Both the position numbers and the translations under genes were made by a program. From assembly GCF_036365525.1 (NCBI RefSeq), contig NC_090378.1, positions 122,807,593 to 122,871,592 of the forward strand: DNA of 64,000 nt. The letters are read 5' to 3'. The notes under the pieces were generated by a model, which saw only the letters and a list, made by a program, of their open reading frames with translations, ran no database searches and was not told the DNA's origin. Positions 1 to 8,446 of this stretch are shown piece after piece (positions within the stretch are counted from its first letter, which is position 1; every line of letters starts with the position of its first letter). The stretch is from Heterodontus francisci. Its lineage: Eukaryota.

Positions 1-2877
1 TCCAGTCCTGTCAACCCTGCAAAGCCCTCCTTCCTAACACCTAGGGATTGTGCCAAAATTGGGAGAGCTGTCCCACAGACTAGTCAAGCAACAGCCTGAC
101 ATAGATATACTCACGTAATCATACCTTGCAGACAATGCCCCAGATACTGCCATCACCATCCCCATCCCCGCCTATGTCCTGTCCCACCGGCAGGACAGAA
201 CCAGCAGAGGGGACAGCACAGTGGTATACAGTTGGGAGGGTGTCCTCAACTGTGACTCCAGACCCCATGAAGTCTCATGGCATCAGGTTAAACATGGGCA
301 AAGAAACCTCCTGCTGATTAACACCTACTGCCCCCCTCAGCTGATGAAGCAGTACTCCTCCATGTTGAACAGCACTTGGAGGAAACACTGAAGCTGGCAA
401 GGGCACAGAATATACTCTGGGTGGGAGTCTTCAATGTCCATCACCAAGAGTAGCTCGGTAGCACCACTACTGACTGAGCTGGCCAAGTCCTAAATGACAT
501 AGCTGCAAGACTGTCTGCAGTAGGTGGTGAGTGAACCAATAATAGGGTAAAACATACTTGACCTCATCCTCACCAAGCTGCCTGCCACAGATGCTTCTGT
601 CCATGACAGTATTGGTCGGAGTGACCACCGCACAATCAATGTGGAGACGAAGTCCCGTCTTCGTATTGAAGATACCCTCCATAATGTTGTGTAGCACTAG
701 CACCGTGCTAAATGGGATAAATTTTGAACAGATCTAGCAACTCAAAACTGGGCATCCATGAGGCACTATGGGCCATCAGCAGCAGCAGAATTGTACTCAA
801 TCACAATCTGTAACCTCATGGCCTGGCATATCCCCCACTCTATCATTACCATCAAGCCGGGGGATCAACCCTGGTTCAATGAAGAGTGCAGGAGGGCATG
901 CCAGGAGAAGCACCAGGCATACCTCAAAATGAGGTGCCAACCCGGTGGAGCTACAACACAGGACTACTTGCCTGCCAAACTGCGTAAGCAGCATGCGATA
1001 GACAGAGCTAAGCAATCCCATAACCAACGGATCAGATCTAAGCTCTGCAGTCCTGCCACATCCAGTCGTGAATGGTGGTGGACAATTAAACAACTAACTG
1101 GAAGAGGAGGCTCCACAAATATCCCCAACCTCAATGATGGGGGAGCCCAGCACATCAGTGCAAAAGATAAGGCTGAACCATTTGCAACAATCTTCAGCCA
1201 AAAGTCCTGAGTAGATGATCCATCTCAGCCTCCTCCTGAAGTCCCCAACATCACAGATGCCAGACTGCAGCCAATGCGATTCACTCCGCGTGATATCAAG
1301 ATACAACTGAAGGCACTGGATACTGCAAAAGCTATGGGCCCTGATAACATTCCAACAACAATACTGAAGGCCTGTGCTCCAGAACTTGTTGCGCCCATAG
1401 CCAAGCTGTTCCAGTTCAGGTACAACACTGGCATCTACCCTGCAATGTGGAAAATTGCCCAGGTATATCCTATACACAAAAAGCTGGACAAATCCAACCC
1501 GGCCAATTACCGCCCCATCAGCCGACTCGCAATCATCGGTAAAGTGATGGAAGGTGTCATCAACAGTGCCATCAAGCGGCACCTGCTTAGCAATAACCGG
1601 CTCAGTGACGCTCAGTTTGGGTTCCGCTAGGGCCACTCAGCTCCTGACCTCATTACAGCCTTGGTTCAAACATGGACAAAAGAGCTGAACTCAAGAGGTG
1701 AGGTGAGAGTGACCGCCCTTGACATCAAGGCAGCATTTGACAGAGTATGGCATCAAAGAGCCCGAGCAAAACTGAGGTCAATGGGAATCAGGGGGAAACC
1801 CTCCACTGGCTGGAGTCATACCTAGCACAAAGGAAGATGGTTGTGGTTGTTGGAGATCAATCATCTGAGCTCCAGGACAACACTGCAGGAGTTCTGTAGG
1901 GTAGTGTCCTGGGCCCAACCATCTTCAGCTGCTTCATCAATGAGCTTCCTTCAATTATAAGGTCAGAAGTGGGGATGTTCGCTGATGATTGCACAATGTT
2001 CAGCACCATTTGTGACTCCTCAGATACTGAAGCAGTCCGTGTAGAAATGCAGCAAGACCTGGACAATATCCAGGCTTGGGCTAATAAGTGGCAAGTAACA
2101 TTCGCGCCACACAAGTGCCAGGCACTGACCATCTCCAACAAGTAAGAATCTAAATATTTTCCCTTGACATTCAATGGCATTACAATCGCGGAATGCTCCA
2201 CAATCAATATCCTGGGGGTTACCATTGACCAGAAACTGAACTGAAGTAGCCATATAAATACCGTGGCTACAAGAGCAGGTCAGAGGCTAGGAATCCTGTG
2301 GCGGGTAACTCACCTCCTGACTCCCCAAAGCCTGTCCACCATCTACAAGGCACAAGTCAGGAGTGTGATGGAATACTCTCCACTTGCCTGGATGGGTACA
2401 GCTCCAACAACACTCAAGAAGCTCGATACCATCCAGGACAAAGCAGCCTGCTTGATTGGCACCCCATCCACAAACATTCACTCCCTCCACAAGAGACCTA
2501 CAATGGCAGCAGTGTGTACCATCTACAAGATGCACTGCAGTAAGACACCAAGCCTCCTTAGGCAACACCTTCCAAACCTGTGACATCTACCACCTAGATG
2601 GACAAGGGCAGCAGATGCATGGGAACACGACCACCTGCAAGTTCCCCTCCAAGTCACACACCATCCTGACTTGGAACTATATTCCCATTTCTTCACTGTC
2701 GTTGGGTCAAAATCCTGGAACTCCCTTCTTAACAGCACTGTGGGTATACCTACCCCAAATGGACTGCAGCGGTTCAAGAAGGCAGCTCACCATCACCTTC
2801 TCAAGGGCAATTAGGGATGGACAATAAATGCTGGCCTAGCCAGTGATGCCCACATCCCATGAATGAATAAGAAAAAA
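1..2877 (+). mobile_element. Decayed non-LTR retrotransposon (CR1/L2-group LINE) ORF2 with APE endonuclease and reverse transcriptase, plus 3' tail; continues off the left edge
   Basis: Endonuclease motifs (G-x-FN-like ~424-435, LDLILT, SDH at 620-628). Linker KPGDQPWFNEECRRA...WWWTIKQL. RT motifs KAMGPDNIP, NPANYRPIS, ALDIKAAFDRVWH, GSVLGP and FADD (1978-1989). C-terminal YKAQVRSVMEYS. In-frame stops (e.g. TAG 1628-1630, 1897-1899) and frameshifts. Ends with AATAAA (2823-2828) and a gaatgaataagaaaaaa tail. Confidence 0.93.
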
Positions 2878-2900
2878 CATGTACAGGAGCTGACACAGAG

Positions 2901-2960
2901 TCTATCTCTCTCTCTCTCCATCTCACTCTCTCTTTCTATCTATCTCTCTCAATCTCTGTC
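2901..2960. repeat. Imperfect (CT)n/(CTAT) microsatellite
   Basis: tctatctctctctctctccatctcactctctctttctatctatctctctc is directly visible. Confidence 0.85.
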
Positions 2961-3247
2961 CCATCCTCTACCTCTGAAGGTGTTCTATGGATGTGAGTGT
3001 TTAATATAAGGTGGTGTTTGTCAGTATATTTTCTCTACTGTATGGTTTATGAACATGGTGAGAGGGGATAAGGGGTCTGTTCTTTGATGTGAGGCAGTGA
3101 TGTCTGTCCCAGTGACTCAGACTGTGATGCTGTTGTTTTCTGTGACTGACACTATGATATCGATTGTAATTTCACTCAGTGTGACAGGAGGTTACATGGC
3201 TTGATCAGTGGTGAGGGCGGAGCAGACTGAACAAGGAGCTGTAATCA

Positions 3248-3338
3248 TCAGTCACTGCCGAACACCTTCACACACACCGCACAGTCCGGAAACTTCTTCA
3301 CTAAATATTCTTTCAGCTCCTTAATTACAGCCCTGGAC
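3248..3338 (-). other. Candidate orphan terminal coding exon (product unidentified)
   Basis: Minus strand has a strong pyrimidine tract and acceptor, ctttctctttttcctttttcag|G. It is followed by an open phase-2 frame SRAVIKELKEYLVKKFPDCAVCVKVFGSD and tandem TGA TGA. Possible ATTAAA poly(A) signal at 3000-3005 (minus). No upstream exon identified. Confidence 0.35.
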
Positions 3339-3494
3339 CTGAAAAAGGAAAAAGAGAAAGACATCTTTTAGAGAGGGTCCTGGACACAATGTAGACTGTG
3401 CATTACCCACTAATGACACTACCTCCATATTTAACTCATTGTTTAAACTCCAGCACACCTCCTGTTCCAATCCACATGTTTCAGCCAAAAAGCA

Positions 3495-3560
3495 GTATAA
3501 TTCTGCAGCACAGGAGGAGGCCGTTCAGCCCTCGTCTCTCTGACGGCTGTTTGCTTGAGT
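3495..3560 (-). mobile_element. Short CR1-type 3'-UTR fragment
   Basis: Minus strand gggctgaacggcctcctcctgtgctgcagaatt resembles the CR1 tail at ~62700-62740. Confidence 0.5.
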
Positions 3561-3574
3561 AATTCACGACTAAC

Positions 3575-5055
3575 ATCTCAGTTTAACATCTGTTTTGGGG
3601 AAGTTATTTGAATCTGTTATTAGGGACAGAATGACTGACAAATATAAACTGATCAGAGAGAGTCAGCACGGATTTAAAAAGGGTGAAACATGTTTAACTA
3701 ACCGAGTTGTATTTTTTGAAGCGGTCACTAATGTGGTCGATAAGGGAATGTCTATGGATGTTATTTATATGGATTTCCAGAAGGCATTTGAGAAGGTTCC
3801 ACACAAGAGACTGTTCGCAAAATGGAAGCATATGGAATGTGAGGAAATGTTTTGACATGGGTAAGGAATTGGTTAGGAGGTAGGAGACAGAGAGTAGGGA
3901 TAATGTGTATTTACTCCAGTTAGCAAGCTGTGAATAGTGGTGTCCCCAGGGATCTGTGCTGGAGCCTCAACTTTTCACGATATTGATCAATGACTTGGAT
4001 GAAGGAATAGAGACATCTATCCAAGATTGCTGATGACACTAAGTTCAGCAGCTTGGAGGAGGTTCCAGAGATAGGGAGGGATTTGATAACAAGGATGAGA
4101 ATTTTAAAACTGAGCCATTGCCGAACCAGGAGACAATGTTGTCCAATGAGCATCGAGGTGATGGGGGAACAGGACAGGACTTTCTGCGAGTTCGAACGCA
4201 GGCAGCAGAGTTTTAGATGAGATCAAGTTTACAGTGGGTAGAATGTGTGAGACCTGTCAGGAGAGCATTGGAATACTCAAGTCTAGAGGTAATAAATGCA
4301 TGGATGAGGGTTTCAGCAGTGGATGAGCTGAGGTGTGGTAGAAACTGGTAATGTTAGCAATGTGGAAATAGGTGGTTTTAGTGATGATGTGGTTTATGTG
4401 GTCAGTAACACATCTCAGCATCAACTACAATGCCATGGCTGTGAACTGCCTGGTTCAGTCTCAGACAGTCCCTGGGAGAGGGATGGAATCAGTGGCTCGG
4501 GAATGGAGTTTGTGATGGGGACCGAAGACAATGGCAGATGGAGTTCAATGTGGACAGTGTGAGGTCATCCAGTTTGGACCTGAGAAAGATAAATCAGAGT
4601 AATTTCTAAATGGTGAGAAGCTGAGAACTGTGGAGGAACAGAGAGATTTAAGGGTCCAAGTACAGAAAGTACTAAAATCTAGTGACAGGTACAAAACATA
4701 TTGAATAAGGCTAATGGAATGTTGGTCTTTCTATCAAGGGGACTGGAATACAAAGGGGTTTTACTCCAGTTGAATAAAGCTCTGGTTTAACTGCATCTGG
4801 AGTAACTGTGTTCAGTTCTGGGCCCCGCACCTCAGGAAGGAGAGATTGGCCTTGGAGGGGGTGCAGCACAGATTCACCAGAATGATACCGGGACTGAAAG
4901 GGTTAAATTATCAGGACAGATTGTATAGACTAGGCTTGTATTCCCTTGAGTTCAGAGAATTTAGGGGTGATCTCATTGAGGTATTTAAGATGAATAAAGG
5001 ATTAAAATGATTCAGAGAGATCAAGAGAAACTGTTTCCTCTGGTGGGGGAGTCAA
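3575..5055 (+). mobile_element. Decayed CR1 LINE RT fragment, split in two by an antisense L2 fragment
   Basis: GKLFESVIRD...SQHGFKKG..CLTN...DVIYMDFQKAFEKVPH (ORF 3595-3855), SGVPQG-like, ADDTK (~4030-4045). Resumes at ~4530 with WQMEFN..., then WAPHLRK, LEGVQHRFTRMIPGLKG and LRGDLIEVFK-like motifs to ~5050. Many stops and frameshifts. Confidence 0.88.
4050..4530 (-). mobile_element. L2-clade LINE ORF2 C-terminal fragment
   Basis: Minus strand 4265-4317 translates AETLIHAFITSRLEYSNA. 4075-4125 gives LVRQWLSFKILILVIKSL. Both are typical L2 post-RT motifs. Confidence 0.8.
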
Positions 5056-5139
5056 GAGTATTCAGAGAATTCACTAAACAATCAGCTTTGATCTTCCCAA
5101 TGTGTTTCCCAGTGAGACTGGGTCCTCAGTGCTGACTGC

Positions 5140-5300
5140 TCTCAGCTGCTGTTATTTTCACTGATTGGACGGTTATTATTAGAGACTCAGACCACAGCAG
5201 AAATCCCCAATGTAAAAAATAACTGCAAAGACTGTCAGTTCGGAAGATTGAAACTTAACCAACAGAGGAAGTGAAAGAAGGAGCTTGGAGCAGCTGGACG
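5140..5300. promoter_or_regulatory. Candidate lymphoid regulatory element: Ets-IRF composite site with E-boxes and CCAAT
   Basis: AGAGGAAGTGAAAG with the core GGAAGTGAAA (5267-5276) fits the PU.1/Spi-IRF consensus GGAAnnGAAA. CAGCTG at 5143-5148 and 5291-5296. ATTGG at 5164-5168. Lies in a non-repeat island between LINE fragments. Motif evidence only. Confidence 0.35.
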
Positions 5301-5344
5301 TTTGTTAATGACACGGGAGAAAACTGTGAACCGCACACACTATC

Positions 5345-5478
5345 TAGAATTTTACAGCACAGAAGGAGGCCATTCAGCCCATCGTGCCTGTGAGCTACCC
5401 AATTAGTCCCACTGCCCCTCTCTAGCCCTATAACCCAGAAAATCTTTCCTTTTCAGGTATATCTCCAATTCCCTTATC
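5345..5478 (-). mobile_element. CR1 3'-end fragment
   Basis: ctagaatttacagcacagaaggaggccattcagcccatcg... is the reverse complement of a CR1-type tail (gggctgaatggcctccttctgtgctgtaaattctag). Confidence 0.65.
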
Positions 5479-5779
5479 GAGACCTGGGCCCACAGTACGA
5501 GACTGTCCCTAACCTGGGCTCGAAATTGGCATCTCATTCATTCATTGGAAGACAAAATGCCTGGTGTGGGAAATGGAGCTCAGGACTCCGAACATTCCCT
5601 CTCCCCTCCTGAGCGACACTTCATGCTGGGGTGACAGTTCCATGGGCCCCGACAGCACATTCCTACCTCACCCACTTCCCCATTCTGTGTCTATAAGCCT
5701 GGACCCTGTCAACAGGATATTTGACTACAGGGACCATCACCACTGTATCCAATTCTGTCCCCACCCGAAATCCACACCC

Positions 5780-6125
5780 AACTTGAATTTATATAGCGCC
5801 TATAATATACAAAACGTCACAAGATGCTTCACAGAGCTGCAGTATGAGGAACGGAGGAGGTGGTGAGGGGTCTTTAGGAAGAGTGATCAAAGGCTTGGGT
5901 GAAAGGATAGAGTTTGATGGAGCAGAGAGAGACCTGGAGAGGGAGAGGGATTAATGGCGGGAGTTCAGAGAGCAGGGCCGAGGCATCTGAAGACCCTGCT
6001 GTCAATGGTGGGATGAAGGAAGCAGCGATGGGCAGGAAAGCAGTGTCAGAATATGGAAGAGTGAGAGAGGGAATGTGAGTCTGCAGCAGGAGGCAAAGGT
6101 AGGGAGGAGTGAGGCCATGGAGGAA
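5780..6125 (-). mobile_element. L2-type LINE 3'-end fragment
   Basis: acttgaatttatatagcgcc...aaaacgtcacaagatgcttcacag is the reverse complement of an L2-type tail. The same tail motif ends the SINEs at 61290-61460 and 61862-62255. Minus ORF ends ...LYPFTQAFDH. Confidence 0.6.
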
Positions 6126-6129
6126 AACA

Positions 6130-6590
6130 GAGGCCCATGTTTGCTGGTCCCTATTGGATGCCCAGTAGGAAGGAGGCCCATGTTTGCTGGTCCCTATTGG
6201 ATGCCCAGTAGGAAGGAGGCCCATGTTTGCTGGTCCCTATTGGATGCCCAGTGGGATGGAGGCCCATGTTTACTGGTCCCTATTGGATGCCCAGTAGGAA
6301 GGAGGCCCATGTTTGCTGGTCCCTATTGGATGCCCAGTAGGAAGGAGGCCCATGTTTACTGGTCCCTATTGGATGCCCAGTGGGAAGGAGGCCCATGTTT
6401 ACTGGTCCCTATTGGATGCCCAGTGGGAAGGAGGCCCATGTTTACTGGTCCCTATTGGATGCCCAGTGGGAAGGAGGCCCATGTTTACTGGTCCCTATTG
6501 GATGCCCAGTGGGATGGAGGCCCATGTTTACTGGTCCCTATTGGAGGTCCAGTGGGAAGGAGGCCCATGTTTACTGGTCCCTATTGGAGG
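6130..6590. repeat. 43-bp minisatellite, ~10.7 copies
   Basis: Unit AGGCCCATGTTT(G/A)CTGGTCCCTATTGGATGCCCAGT(A/G)GGAAGG, with starts at 6131, 6174 ... 6561 (period 43). Confidence 0.97.
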
Positions 6591-7214
6591 ACCAATGGAA
6601 CATGGACACTATGGTTGATGTGGAGGACAGCTCCTTCATGTTGTAAATGTTTGATTGTCCGCCCCTCATCCCAGTAAAACTCCAATGACCTGGAGCCTGA
6701 CCATGGAAGGGGATGGAGACGGGAAGGGATTTGAACATGTTATGAGCTGACAGGATGGGGCAGTGGGTCAGACTCTGTCCTGTCCCTCCAGCTCACACTG
6801 ATGGGGTGAGGATCTCCTCTCTCTGCTGGGCCTTCATGAAATGAGCTTTCTGTCCAAACCAGTCCCATTGAGAATAGGCCAACAGCACAGAACTGCCCTA
6901 AATTTGACAATAATCTGCCAGTCTTACTGAGAGAGGCCAAAGCATGGTCACTGTGGGTAATGGGGCCTTACTCCAGGAGAAGGCATGTTTCTGGTGTCAA
7001 GGGTTAACATCCATTGGTGGGGCAGAGCAGAGGGAGTTTTACCCTTCATTTAACTGTGCTCCACCTGGGAGACTGTGGGAAAGAGAGAGTGAGGTGGAGG
7101 CTGTGAGACAGAGAGAGATAGAGGGGGAGACATTTAACTGCTGCACCAGGCCTCAAAGTGTTCCAGTCTCCAGTAATAACTCCTGTTTTAGAGATCAGTT
7201 ACAGAATTACAGAA

Positions 7215-7730
7215 CAATGGAGGGTGGGAGAGAGATGAGTAGGCAGAGGAACAAAGACAGAGAGATAGAGAGATGGGGAGGGAGAGAGACAGAGACAGGG
7301 AGACAGGGAGAGGAGGAGAGAGCAAAATAGGGAGAGTGAGATTGGAAGAACAAGATGGGGAGACAGGCAAAGAGTGAGGGAGAGAGAGATGAGTAGGCAG
7401 AAAGACAAAGACACAGACAGAGAGAGATACAGACAGAGAATGAGGGAGAGAGAGCGGACAGAGAGCAGGCAGAGAGACAAAGAGTGAGAGGTAGGGATGG
7501 GGAGAAGCAGAAAAAGAGAGAAAGAGATATGGAGAGAGAGACAAGGAGAATGAGGGAAGGGGAGTGAGAAAGATTTCAGGAGGGTGGGGGAGAGAGAGAC
7601 AGTGAGTGAGAGGGAGAGGGCAAAAGAGGGAAAGGGATTGAGATAGGAGATAAAGAGGCAGAGAGAGAGGGGGTGAGAAATAGAAGGAGGGAGGTAGTGA
7701 GGGAAACAGAAAGAGAGAAGAGGAAGTGAG
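7215..7730. repeat. GA-rich low-complexity tract upstream of the V promoter
   Basis: ~500 bp of near-pure purine gaga/gaca/ggga repeats. Confidence 0.9.
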
Positions 7731-7816
7731 AGTTGCTGACGTGCCTTTCTCTGGGTGATACCATTTACATACTGAGAAACAGGCAGTCAGACTCTCACAG
7801 GCTGCAGCTTTATAAA
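7719..7816 (+). promoter_or_regulatory. Ig light-chain V promoter
   Basis: PU-box AGAGGAAGTG (7719-7728), TGACGT (7737-7742), octamer-like ATTTACAT (7763-7770; one mismatch to ATTTGCAT) and TATAAA (7811-7816), ~60 bp upstream of the leader ATG. Confidence 0.75.
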
Positions 7817-7876
7817 GCAGAGCCCAGTGAAGGGAGAGTTTATCAGTAACCAGGCACAGAGACAGGAGCAGGCACC

Positions 7877-7925
7877 ATGATTTCACCCATCCAGCTGATC
7901 TGGCCTCTGGCATTCTGCGTCGCAG
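7877..7925 (+). CDS. IGKV: Ig kappa-type light-chain leader exon (MISPIQLIWPLAFCVA-G)
   Basis: Kozak gcaccATG at 7877, hydrophobic signal peptide and a phase-1 donor G|gtacaa at 7926. The 186-bp intron ends at ...cccctcag (8111). Resembles shark kappa-type (NS4-like) leaders as recalled. Confidence 0.93.
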
Positions 7926-8111
7926 GTACAAATCTCTCTCCTTCCACGGTTAATATTTTCCTGCTGTTTGTTTCAGTCCAATTCTACTGACTTGTGATTG
8001 GAGAGAAAATGCTGAAACATGAGGAGCGGTCACTGTCTCTAATAATATCTCATTTTACAGGGTCTTTCTGTGACAGTTCTTACTTCACTCTGTTTCTCTA
8101 TTACCCCTCAG

Positions 8112-8413
8112 GTATCAGTGGAGACACCATCATCATGACCCAGTCTCCACCGGCACTGTCAGTGACACTGGGACAGACCGCAACGATCACCTGTACGGCC
8201 AGCCAGTCCGTGAGCAAGTATGTAGCTTGGTATCAGCAGCGAGACGGTCAGAAACCCACTCTCCTGATCTATTATGCAACAACTCGATACACAGGAACAT
8301 CCGAACGATTCACCGGCAGTCAACAGAACCTCAAATTCACTCTGACAATCAGTAATGTACAGAATGAGGATGTCGCAGATTATTACTGTCAGCAAGCTAA
8401 AAGCTGGTCTATC
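8112..8413 (+). CDS. IGKV: Ig kappa-type V exon, germline unrearranged, open reading frame
   Basis: (G)[100 protein letters not shown]. Conserved Cys, WYQQ, LLIY and DYYC. Followed directly by a 12-RSS, the kappa-type arrangement. Confidence 0.97.
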
Positions 8414-8441
8414 CACAGTGAGACAGAGCCTTACAAAAACC
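8414..8441 (+). other. V recombination signal sequence, 12-bp spacer (perfect consensus)
   Basis: CACAGTG (8414-8420), AGACAGAGCCTT (12 bp), ACAAAAACC (8433-8441). Confidence 0.98.
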
Positions 8442-8446
8442 TCAAT

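Noticed and set aside
6075-6677. 200-aa repetitive ORF and overlapping ORFs
   Set aside because: They are translations of the 43-bp minisatellite.
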